Below are positions 12,901 through 24,649 of a stretch of 64,000 nt of DNA, piece after piece. Both the position numbers and the translations under genes were made by a program. Every line of letters begins with the position of its first letter. The first letter of the stretch is position 1. The stretch is from contig NC_081402.1 in NCBI RefSeq assembly GCF_030684315.1, forward strand, positions 434,001 through 498,000, given 5' to 3'. The stretch is from Stegostoma tigrinum. Lineage: Eukaryota. The notes under the pieces are model-generated. The model did no database searches. It worked only from the letters and a program-made list of their open reading frames with translations, and was not told the DNA's origin.

Positions 12901-13301
12901 TTCTTCAGTCAATGAATATCAGATTTAAAAAGAAACACGAAAATTGTTGGAGAAACTCATCAAGGACAGATATTATTTGCCACCTGGGGACTGACTGTTT
13001 GCTGCTGATGACAATTCTCTGTCTTTTCTTTTGACCCTTTCGTGACAAGCTGTGCTGGAGCCGTGTACAGTTCTGTAACAAACACAGGGACGCACGATGG
13101 TAAACATTCATTTTGTTCACAAACCTCAATATTCTAGAGCAGTGGAGCAAAGTCAGAGAAATATTATTAAACAGCGGAAAAACAAAGGCTTTCCGTTTGT
13201 CTGAGGGAGGTTGCTTGAGATGGGTTTGGCTCAACTTGTAAATTGTAGGGGACACACAGGTGTCGACCACAGGAAGGCAAAACAGAATTGATATTTCATG
13301 A

Positions 13302-13520
13302 GATCATAGGAATTTCGGATGCTGGAGAATCTGAGATAATAAGGTGTAGGAACTGGATGAACACAGCAGGCCAAGCAGCATCAAAGGAGCAGGAAAGCTG
13401 ACGTTTCAGGCCCAGACCCTTGTTCAGAAGAAGGTTTTGAAGAAGGGTCCAGGCCCGAAGCATCAGCTTTACTGCTCCTCTGATGCTGCATGGCCTCCTG
13501 TGTTCATCCAGCTCTACACC
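13302..13520. mobile_element. Non-autonomous Penelope-like palindromic insert
   Basis: Inverted arms; 14-bp TSD TTGATATTTCATGA at 13288-13301 and 13521-13534. Confidence 0.8.
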
Positions 13521-14864
13521 TTGATATTTCATGATTTCATTCCTTTGGAGGTGATATGGTTAGAAGTTGCCCTGATTGAGTCATTTCAAGTATCTCAGTC
13601 ACAAGTGAGGAGTGTGAAGGAATACTCCCGACTTGCCTGGAATGGGTGCAGCTCCAACAATACGTGAGAAGCTTGACACCATCCAAGGACAAAGCAGCCA
13701 GCCCCTGCTTATTGACACCACATCCACAAGCCACCACTCCCTCCACCACTGACGCTCAGTAGCAGCAGTGTGTGCATCCAACAAGGTGCACCACGGGAAT
13801 TCACCAAAGACCCTGCAGCCACCACCTTCCGGACCCATAACCATATCCGTCTAGAAGCGCAGCAGATATATGGGGAATATCGCCCCCTGCAAGTTCCCCT
13901 CTGAGCCACTCACCATCCCGATTTGGAAATATATCAGCCACTGCTTCAATGTTACTCGGTCAAAATTCTGGCATTACCTCCCGAAGGGCTTTGAGAGTCT
14001 ACCAACAGCAGGTGGGCTGCAGTGGTTCAAGGCGGCAACTCACCACCACCTTCTCAAGGGGGCAGTTGTGGACAGACTGGGTGATAAATGTGGGTGATGC
14101 CCATGCCAGATGATTGAATAAAATTACTGAAACTTCCCAGGCCTGTCCCTTCCATTTCCGTATTGTTACCTTGTTCTGGGATGGTAGGTGCGCACTTTGT
14201 ACTGAATGTTTATGCAAAATATCCATGGAATTCATTGGATATCTCATTATTTCCATTGTCAATTTCCCAGACTCAGTGTTGTTGAGTCACCTTTCTGTGA
14301 CCTGCTGTGAGAAATGTCTGTACATTGCCAACAGCTTCGGTTTATATTCCTGCCGGGTTGGCTCTCTGACCTTAATTATCTCTCCGTCTTTAATCTGGAG
14401 GCGGCCTTTGCTGTCATTTTAACATTCTGTTCTCTAACCCTTCAATTCTCTTTGCTTATTGTTTCTGATTATAGATGATACCAAGATGGATGGTGGTTTG
14501 GTGTGCTCGGTCATCACGATCCCAAAGACAAGAAACACTGGTAAAGGATACATTATGTTTATTTTTATGACATTTCTGGCTCAGGGGAAGTGGAGATTTT
14601 CTCTGGTTCATCACGACCCTCAGAAAACCCAGCCACTTTTAATATCACTGGTTTCCTCTTGCTTAAAGCCTGGAACAAAGACCTGCCCAAGCCACTCGAA
14701 TCTTTTTATGTGATTTGAATTTATCTAAAATTTATTAATCACAATAGTGTTTGCAAATCACCAAAATCATTGTCAAATTCCATCAATGTCCATTAATTTG
14801 ACAACAGGGTAATGAGAATTGGAAGAGGGAAACAGACACTGATGGCTAACTGTGATATTGTTCA

Positions 14865-15060
14865 GAGATAATGGGAACTGCAGATGCTGGAGAATTCCAA
14901 GATAATAAAATGTGAGGCTGGATGAACACAGCAGGCCAAGCAGCATCTCAGGAGCACAAAAGCTGACGTATCGGGCCTAGACCCTTCATCAGAGAGCTCT
15001 GATGAAGGGTCTAGGCCCGATACGTCAGCTTTTGTGCTCCTGAGATGCTGCTTGGCCTGC
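14865..15060. mobile_element. Non-autonomous Penelope-like palindromic insert with hammerhead-like core
   Basis: 64-bp perfect inverted arms (14931-14994 / 14997-15060); TSD GATATTGTTCA at 14854-14864 and 15061-15071. Confidence 0.85.
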
Positions 15061-15224
15061 GATATTGTTCATCTTGTTTTGAGGGGGCGCCGAAAGTTTG
15101 GGCACTGCTTACTACCCTAATACAACAACTTAATGTCTGAGAGTGGCTCCTTTTGGCCTTGGTCACTGGGGCCATTCACTCTGGGTCCATCATCGTTCGC
15201 ATGGCGAGCTTTGTCATCTCCTAT

Positions 15225-16090
15225 TTCTTTGATGACAGAAAGTTAGGTAGAGGGACAGGTAATGGTGAGGAAGCAGAGAGGCTGCAGAAGGGCTTGGAAA
15301 AGCTCAGAGAGTGGGCAAAGAAATCACAAGTGGAATACAATGGGGGGAAAAGTGTGAGGTTATGCACTTGGGTAGGAATAGAGGCATTGACTGTTTTCCA
15401 AATGGGTAAGGCTTCGGAAATCTAAAGCACAAACAGACTTGGGAGTCCTAGTTCAGGGTTCTCTTAAAGTTAATATGCAAGTTCATTTGGCAGTTAATGT
15501 GACATTAGAATTCATTTCAAGAGGGCTAGAATACAACAGCAGAGATTGACTGCTCAAGATGTATAAGGCTCTGGTCAGACCGTATTTGGAATATTGTGAG
15601 CAGACTTGGCCCCTGTATCTCAGGAAGGATGTGCTGGCCTTGTAGGGAGGTCCAGAGGAGATTTACAAGATCCCAGAGATGAAGGTCATGTCTGATGAGG
15701 AGTGGTTGAGGACTGTGTGTCTGTACTCAATGGAGTCTAGAAGGAAGAGGGGTAATCTGATTGAAACTTACAGAATATTGAGATGCCTGGATAGACACTA
15801 GAACATGAGGGGCACAGCCTCAGAGTGAAGGGGTGACCCTTTCGAACTGAGATGAGCAGGAATTTCCTCAGCCAGAGTGTGATGAATCTGTGGAACTCAT
15901 TGCCACAGAGGGTTGTGGAGGCCAAGTCATTGAGTGATTAAGACAGTGATAGATAGGTTCTTGAATGGTAAGGGGATCAAGGATCAGGGGGAGAAGGCAG
16001 GAAAATATGATTTAGAAACATATCAGCCACAATCAGATGGCGGAGCGGATTTGATGGGCCAAATGGCCGAATTCTGCTCCGTTATCATAT
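15225..16090 (+). mobile_element. CR1-type LINE 3' portion
   Basis: FFDDRKLG (degenerate YADD) ..LQKGLEKLREWAKK.., followed by 3' UTR. Confidence 0.8.
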
Positions 16091-17586
16091 GGTTCTTAGA
16101 TTCACTCTTACTGAGTGACCTGTAATGGATTACACACTTTAGCACCTCAGAATAAGAGCTTTCTGTCCCTACTGTATGTACCACCCAAACTAAAATGTGC
16201 GCAGGCAACTGAATGACCAATACAACTTATGGGCTAGAAGCAGGAGAAGACCATTCAGCCTCTTGGGTGCTGGCGGCCCCTTTCAATACAGCGAGGCTGA
16301 CCCATCTTGGCCTCAGCTCCAGTTTCCTGCCCCCACTTCCATTCAGCCATCATTAATTACAAATCTGTGTGTCTCCTCTTCCAATTTATTCAGTGTCCCA
16401 ACATTCCCCACACACTCAGGGACAGCAGTAGTACCCACAGCACAGCAAATCCCCCAGATTCACATCCCTCTCTCCCTTGGAGAGAAGCCATTCCTCCTTA
16501 TCTCTGTTTTCAATCTGTCCCACCCACTTCTCCTGAAATGGTGACCTCTTGTTCCAGATTGTCCCACATGAGCAAACATTCTCTTTCCTTCTCCTTTCCG
16601 TCTTACATCCCTCAGCGAGGTCTCCTCTCATTCTTCTAAACTCCAGAGATTATCAGCCAAAACTGCTCAATCTCTCTTCATAAGACAAACCCCTTAACTC
16701 AGAAAATGAATTGGACAAAATCACTTTGTATCTGAATAGTATACTGGATGTAGAACACACATCTCAAAGTGAGCTAGCCACAGTGGCGGAGAGGTCACCA
16801 GCACAAAAAAAAGCCCACTGAGTCTGTGCTAGTCAAAAACAACCACCTCACTATTCTCTAATTCCATTTCCCCAGCACTTAGCCCATTGCCTTGGCATCC
16901 CAGCTGCACATCAAAATCCTTCTTCAATGTGATGTGGGTTTCTGCCTCTCCCATCTTCACAGGTAGTGAGTTCCAGATTCCCCACCAGCCTCTGGGTGAA
17001 AACGTTTTCCCTCACTGGTCCCTCTTTCAAGGAGGAAAAGTTTCTTCCTGCTTACCCCATCTATGGTCCCTCATCATTTGATACATCTCAATCATGTCCA
17101 GCGTCTCAATTTCCTCTGCTCTAAGGATAAAGAACCCCAGTCTGTCCAATCTCTCTCCATCAGTGACACACTCCAGCGTCTAAGGCAACATCCTGGTAAA
17201 TCTGCCTCTACACCCTCTCCCCGTGCATTTAGATACATTCTGTCATTAGTGTCTTTTCTTTTATTCACAGCTCACTGTGATGTTGCATCAGGAGGGAAAC
17301 ACCGAAGTTATTTTGCAGTGAAAAAGCTGGCAGTTAAATTTTAATCAAAGTTACAATTTTAGTCGGCGGTTAAGAGAGTCACTGTTGTCTCATGAGACAG
17401 AGAGAGAGAGAGAGAGAGAAGAGCAACAACAATTGTTTTACTGTTTAACCTGAGGGTCACCACATCTAAGGCATAGGGGAACGATCATTCACAGCAATCT
17501 CAACCAGTGCAGAAACTGACCCACACGCTTTCAGCACAACCAGACAGTCAACTGAGCTAACCAAGCCCTACATGGGGAAAACACTG

Positions 17587-17870
17587 GGCAACACAATGGC
17601 TCAGTGGTTAGCACTGCTGCCTCATATTGTCTGTGTGGTTTCCACCGGGGGCTCCAGTCTTCTCCCATTGTCTAAAGGTGTGCAGGTTAGGTGGATTGGT
17701 CATGCTAAATTGCTCATAGTGTCCAGGGGTGGTAGATTGGGGAGATTAATCATGGGAAATGCATGGTTACAGGGACACGGTAGCAGTGCGGGTCTGGGCG
17801 GGATGTTCCTCGGAGCGTAGGTACAGACTTGATGGGCCAATGGCCTAATTCTACACTGTAGGGAATCCAC
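17587..17870 (+). mobile_element. HE1/V-SINE, internally deleted
   Basis: TGGCTCAGTGGTTAGCACTGCTGCCTCA head; GTGCAGGTTAGGTGGATTGG core; CACTGTAGGGA tail. Confidence 0.75.
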
Positions 17871-18789
17871 GACTGTCAATGTTTAGCTCAATAGTGCGGG
17901 GCAATTTATTCTGATCTGAGCACTCCACTTTGATAAGATTCACTTTCAATTTCTAAACTAATGGGGAGGTAATATCTCGTTCTGTCAGACGTCCAGGGTA
18001 TACTCCGAGGACTTGAATTTGAACCTTGCTGTGGCAGGTGATGGATTGTGAATTCAACTTTAAACAAATCAGATCTGGAGTTGAGACTCGAATGATGACC
18101 ATTGTCAGGAACAAAGAACCATCTGGTTCACTCATGAAGACTGACATGAGAAGGTATTTCTTCTCTAAGGGAGATAAGAACCTTTGGAACTTCTTGCCAC
18201 AGAGAACATGTGTATGTGTGGCAGCAGCGGGAAGGCAGATTTAAGGCTGGGATTGACAGTTTCTTCATGAGCTGGGAATCAAAGGAAAGGGCAGGAAATT
18301 GGACATGAAGAATGGTGTATCAACCACAGTCCTATTGAATGGTGGAGCAGGATCGGGGGGCCATTTGGCCAACTCCCATACCTGTCTCTGATGGCCCTTA
18401 TGAGAGTGAAATTTGATGTTCTTACCGGGTCTGCTCTGTACATGACTCCTACCCTTTTGTGAACTCTTCATTGCCTTCAGGCCAAGCAAGTCAATCCATT
18501 CAAGGACATTTTGAGACTGTCATCCACTTGCCACCTTGGCAGAGCTGGTCACATTCTGTTCAGAGTACAGAGAAATAACATTAGTCATCGTCAGTTTTAG
18601 GCTTGTTCCAATTGTGTGCTTTTCTCAGAGGAATTGGTCTGTGTAATAAACCATCATGTTCACAGCTCATCCTGCACACTCTCACTGTTTTCCAGATAAA
18701 GTTTGTTATTCTCACGCCCAAGACCCTCTGTCCCCCACGCTCACTGTCTGCCTTCTCTGTGCCCATATGCTCACCACCTGCACCCTCTG

Positions 18790-19820
18790 AATTTCCAGCT
18801 CGTAGACTTGACACTGAAACGGTTCACCCAGTTTAATATGGATCAGCGTGAGGTTACCCGTTTTGGGAGCAAAACCAGGAAAACAAATTGTTATCCAAAA
18901 GGTGACAGATAGGGATGTGGGGGTGCAATAAGACCTGGGAGTACCTCGTACACCAGTCACTGACAGTGAGCATTGCAGCAGCCGCAGACACTGAAGAAGG
19001 CAAACAGGATGGTGGCCTTCACAGCGAGAGGGTTTGAGTCCAGGAGCAGGGCTGTCTTGCTGCAACTGTACAGGGAGAGACCACATCCTGCAGTATTGTG
19101 TGTGCAGTTTGGGACCTCCTTCTCTGAGCAAGGGTGTCCTGGCTATGGAAGGAGTGCAGCAGAGGTTTCCCAGACTGATTCCTGGGATGGCAGGACTGAT
19201 GGATAAGGAGAGACTGGATCGATTAGGATTATATTCACTGGAGTTTAGAAGAATGCGGGGTGATCTCATAGAAATCTATGAAGTTTTAACGGACAAAACA
19301 GGGGTAAACACAGATATTGCTGGCCGCCCGAGTAGGGGCTGAGGGTGCGCGAGTCCAGAATCAGGAAGTCACAGGCTAAAGGAGACAGGGAAGGACTGAG
19401 ACGGGGACAAATGTCTTCACCCAGAGGGATTCTTTGTCACAGAAAGTGGCCGGGGCCAGAGCAGTGAGTGTTGTTCAAGTAGTTGCATGGAGTTCTTCGG
19501 GATGAAATATCTTGTGCAGCCACATCATAACATCCCAACTCCTGTACTCAGTGTTGGAACTGATGAAGGGAAGTGTGCCAAACTTGCTGTCCACCTGTGA
19601 CCCCACTTTATGGAACTATGTGCCTGCACCCCTCGATCCCTCTGTTTGACAATGCTCCCCAGGGCCCGACCATTACCCTGCCCTGGATTGCCTCAGCAAA
19701 AATACAACACCTCTATATTTATCTAAATTAAACTCCGCCTGCCAGTCCTCAGCCCGTCGGCCCAGTTGATGAAGTTCCCGTTGTACTCTGAGATAACCAT
19801 CCTCACTGTCCATGAGGCCA
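18790..19820. mobile_element. CR1-type LINE fragments in opposite orientations
   Basis: MEGVQQRFPRLIPGMAGLMDKERLDRLGLYSLEFRRMRGDLIE in ORF 19034. Confidence 0.85.
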
Positions 19821-20449
19821 TCAAGTTTGCTCCTGCTCCTCATTTACTATCTTTCTGTATTGTCCTATTTTCAGGCTGACTAAGCAGACCAGCAACCATC
19901 CTGCATCACATACGCCACCCCGAGGCACACAGATATGCGAGGGGATGAAGAACCAGGTCAAGATGGAGAAGGAAACGTTTACGCCAACCTTCCATGGACA
20001 TTGTGAGACAGCACAGAAGAATCCCTTCAAAGCTTCACAAATTGATGGATAGCAATTGTTCCTTCCAGCAAATAAGGGGGAGAAGGAAGAGAGGACAGAG
20101 GAGTGTCAAGTTTCTGCAGCTGACAAATGGCTCAACTTTGTTTCCATTCATTCAGCCAGACATCAATTCTAAACATGAATTTGCCTTGAGAAACCATCTG
20201 AATAACTGTCTCTCACATAACTCTGAGTGAGCCAATTTCTCCTGCTGTAGCATGACCTGACCCTTGATGGCAGGGGTTTGAGATTTAGTGTTGTCCATTC
20301 CTAACTTGAGTATCCATTTGATCTCCTGGTCAGTGGGTCAGGGCAGATGAGCCAATGAATTGAATCTACTCTGCATTTATTTTTTAATTGTGGTGAGCTA
20401 TTATTGGAGGTGTGATTATTCTCCAGCTCAATCCACATTACCCTCTACT

Positions 20450-21250
20450 TCATCATTTTCAAACATATATCCAGCTCTCTCCTCATACCTCATATGGAAT
20501 CCACCTCCACCACTCTCCCAGGCAGCGCATTCCAAGTCCGAACAATGGTCCGAGTAAACATGTTTCTCCTCATCTCACTCCTAGCTCTCTTGGTAACAAT
20601 CTTGAAATTCTGACCCCTGGTTACTGACATAGTGGAAAACAGAGTATTCTACTTTACCCTCTCAAAATTCTTCATAACTGTGAACACCCCCATTTGTGTC
20701 CCCTCTGCTCCAGGGAGAATAAGCCTGGTTTCATTAATCTTTCTTCGAATGTAAAATCCTTCATTCCTGCTGTCATTCTACTAATCTACTTTAAACCATC
20801 TCCAGAGGGTTCTTCCTTAAATAAGGTGCCCAGAGCTGAACACAAACATAGTCTGAGCAATGTGGTCTCAACAATAATTTGTAGAGATGTAGTATTACTT
20901 CCTTGCTTTGAGACTCAATGCCTCTATTTTTAAACTCAAAGATCCTTTGAAACTGCTTCACAACTGTTTCAAATTGCCTGGCCACCTTCAGAGAATGATG
21001 CACATGAACCCGAAAGATCTCTCTGTTCCAATATTCCCTTTAAAGCTGTACCATTGAGCTTGTATTGTTTCTTTATATTTTTCTTTGCAAAATGCATAAG
21101 CTCATATTTTTCTGCATTGAAATTTATCTGGCAGGTTTCTGCTCATTTGGCCAATTTGCCAATGTCCCTGTGAAGTCACTCAGTATCATCCTCACAATTC
21201 ACTCTTCTCCCTGGCTTAGTATCATCTGTACATTTAGAGATTTTATCCTC
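20450..21250 (-). mobile_element. CR1-type LINE fragment
   Basis: ORF 20791(-): ..LHLYKLLLRPH..CVQLWAPYLRK. Confidence 0.7.
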
Positions 21251-21850
21251 AATACCCAACTCCAAACCATTTCTATAATCAATATATTTATCTACATACA
21301 CCTGTCAGTTTCTCTTATGTAAATGTATGACTGTATTTACCAGCCTGTACCTGTAGTTTCTGCTCTGAGAATTGAGAATGACAATACTAATCTGTATCTG
21401 TCAGTTTCTGTTGTGTGAATATGAGTTCCCAGTCTATGCCTCTCTGTTTCTGCCTTGTCAGTGTGTAAATGTACTTATCGAAGTACACCTGTCAGTTCCT
21501 GCTCGGTGAATGTGAGAGTGCTGTTCCCAACATGTACCTGTGAGATTCTGCTCTGTCAATAGGAGAGTCTAGTTAACAGACTATACTTGTCAGTTTCTGC
21601 TCTGTGAAACTGGGAGTGTAGTTATCATTGTGTATGTCCATTTTAGCTTTGAGAATGAGGGTGTAGTTATTCATCTCTCCCTGACAGTTCCTGCAACGTG
21701 AATGCATGACTGACATTAGCAGGAACCAACAGAGACTGATAACTACAGTCACACCTTTACATTGTAGTCAATGTGTTGTCATAACTTGTGTGTTTCTGCA
21801 ATATGAACAAGTGGGTGTAGTTATCAATCTGTACGTGTGAGTTTCTCCTC
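21250..21850 (+). repeat. Degenerate ~48-bp tandem repeat (GTTATCAATCTGTACCTGTCAGTTTCTGCTCTGTGAATATGAGAGTGTA-like)
   Basis: CCTGTCAG-like anchor at 21488, 21537 and 21586 (49-bp spacing). Confidence 0.8.
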
Positions 21851-23819
21851 ATGTATCAAATTGGCTAAGTCTCTGAAGGCCAGTAATATTCTCTGTGACT
21901 GTACGAAAAGGCTGGGTCTTAATCTCTTCTGCATTGTGTGATTTAGGAGTTGAGTGTCAGTCCGTGTGGTAGGTGAGGGGGTGGAGAAGTTGAGGACATG
22001 GGGTGATAACAGGAGGGGAACTGCTTTATTCTGAGAACCATTCTGATGAATGGTCACATATTTCCGATTTGGTCAGGCAGTCTGAGATCTGTGGTACCAC
22101 TGATTAAACTGTTTGTTTCTCACCAAAATCAGTAACACAGATATGGTACAGCATAGAGGCAGACCATTCAGCCCACTGTCTCTGTACTGGGATTTTTTAA
22201 TGCATCAGTTCCACAGTAATTGTTAGGAATGTGAACTTCATCTACTCATTGTCAGTGTCTATTTGTAAAGGCCAATATGACATTAGTTCTGTGGGTATCT
22301 GACTTTTCGTAACGGCAGTTTTGATATGTTTCCCACAGTCTCAGGGAGAGTATTTGGATCTCATTCTCGTATGTTCAGTTGTGGTTTCTGTCGGAGTAGT
22401 AAACTCTGTAAATAAACTCTTTTCACTTGTACTTAACTGCATTGCATTTCAGTCTCCATTTGTTTTTACACTGTGCGTGAGGTGGAGTGTGCAGTAGAAT
22501 CTGTCTGTCACTACTGGGCACTGTAATAGTCCAACATCTTCAGGTGTAATCAGAGATTTTGAGAGTCAGTTCATATCTGGAAATTACTGTGAGGCCATAC
22601 TTCATTCTTTTCCTTTTAGCATCCACTGGCTGTGTGTGAGAGAGAGTTTTCCCTCGTGCTGCCAGTCTGTATCTCAGTTCCCGTCTCCTGCAGTGAAACG
22701 GAAACCTTCGAAGTTCTTTAATTGTTGGTGCCTGTGGGAATCATGTGCAAGTGAAAGGCAACACACTGCTACAGAAGGGATTCTGTGCTGTTCCTCAGAT
22801 TCAAGACTCGAAACACAACAGACCGTTGTAACTTGTATAGCACAGAGTTGAACAGGGAGTAATGATATAAAGTGTTGACTGTCAGAATAACATCAGTTTC
22901 TTTTTCAGTGTGTAGTGATATGCTTTTCTGAATAATGTTAAAGTAGCGATCAGTGTAAACTGTGAAAGTGAATGGCAGTGAACAATTCATCTGCACTGCA
23001 GCTGACTGACTACAGTGTCGCTTGTACAGAAAAGCGAAATGGGTAATTTATTCCCTGATGGAGACAGGACATTACCCTGCTCTGTGCCGTGATGGTGGAA
23101 GCAATTAGCGGTGCTCTTGTGTTGTTCTATGTTAAGGAAGTGGAAAAGGAATTTTATTTTCTGTCATGCAGTGCAGCAGATTTAAACTGTGAAATTCAAT
23201 TTATTCAACAATCAACACTGTTCAACTCTGCTTTGAAACAAAATGAGTGTTTCACAAACCTACCAATTTTGTCTATTTTTATTTTGTGCACTGCTTTGAA
23301 GGGTAACTACTTGATTAAATTGATTTTTGTGAAAACTGTATTCAGACATCTTGCTATTTCTCTGTAATACATCCTCGGGAGGGCCAGGAGGAGTGCCAGG
23401 CTCTTTGTAGAAAATTGAGATTAATTTTGCAAGAGGTGCTAGAGGTTCTTGCTGGACTGAAAAAGACAAAGCAAATTCTATTCCTGAAAGGTGAAGAAAA
23501 GAAGAATGATGTTGTGATAAAGGTGGGGTTGGCAGCTCCTCTGCTGCTATCATACATTTATGTGAATGAAATGTTGAATGGATGGGATGAGAATTCTCGG
23601 TGCAGACTCAATAATGTGAAGGACTGCAGGCTTCTCTGACAATGGTTTTTTGAGTAGAAATCATTCCAAAATGTGACAGTTGCTGTTGCTTTCAACGTGT
23701 TTGGTACTGCATGGCTATTATATGTTGGAACAGTATATGTATTTGACTGACAGAGAGAGGGGAGGGCGTGAGCGGAGTGAGAGCGTATATTAACAATTCT
23801 CTCGACGTCAGGCTTTGGC

Positions 23820-24640
23820 ACCCCTCAGCCTCCTCTACTCCAAGCAATATAACCCCAACCTCTACAATCTCTCCTTGTAGATACAGTCTCCAGCTCTGCC
23901 AACATTCTGGTAAATCTCCTCTCCACAGCAATTACATCCTTCCTGTAATGTGGTGACCAGAACTGCACACAATAGTCCGGCTGCAGCCTCACCAGTTCCG
24001 TATACAGTTTCACAGTTATATCCCTACGTTTGTATTCCATACCACTGTCAATGAAGGGGAACATTCTACATGCCTTGTTTACAATTTGAAATGCCCGTAC
24101 TGCTATCTTTAGGGACCTGTGCACCTGCATGCCAAGGTCTCTCACTTCATCTACCCCTCTCAATATATTGTCAATAGTTTTCGATTCCCATTTACTGTTT
24201 GAGCTTCCAGGGTGCATTATCTCACACTTATCAGAGCTGAACTCCATCTGCCACTTTCCTGCCGACTCCACTAATCTATACCATTTTGCATCTTACAATT
24301 ATCCTCTACAGTACCCACTACATGGCCAAGTTTGTGTTGTCTGCGAATTTCTCAAATAAGCCCGCCACATTCAAGTCCAAATCATCAACGCAGAAAACAA
24401 ACAGCAGGGGTCCCAACACTGAGCCATGCTGAGCACCACTTGCAACAGCTTTCTATTCACAAAGGCAGCAATCAACCATTACATTTTGTTTCCTGTTACT
24501 GAGCCATCTTTGGACGCAATTCAACACATTGCCCTGTATTCCAGAGGCTTTTATTTTTTGGACCAGTGTACCATGTGGCACCTTGTCAAATATCTTACTA
24601 AAATCCATACAGATGCCATCCAATGCACTTCCCTCACACA
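23820..24640 (-). mobile_element. CR1-type LINE RT fragment
   Basis: MDFSKIFDKVPHG..WLSNRKQNV (ORF 24453) and KWQMEFSSDKC..YCVQFWSPHYRKD (ORF 23825). Confidence 0.9.
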
Positions 24641-24649
24641 TTCACATCA

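Larger units (their letters stand above)
1191..17344 (+). pseudogene. Fc-receptor-like / leukocyte Ig-like receptor gene, multi-exon, probably decaying
   Basis: Candidate exons: 1191-1224 (MHVKVFSRLIF, phase 1, gtaagt), 2513-2542 (mini-exon, donor ataagt), 5070-5321 (Ig domain), 9171-9188, 11043-11134 (FNYAEI), 13050-13099 (AVYSSV), 14475-14540 (LVCSVI), 17271-17344. No transmembrane exon found and some phases do not join. Confidence 0.5.

Noticed and set aside
23825-24271. LINE-derived ORFs as host genes (also 7045, 19034, 39487, 40130)
   Set aside because: Fragments of CR1-type reverse transcriptase with stops and frameshifts
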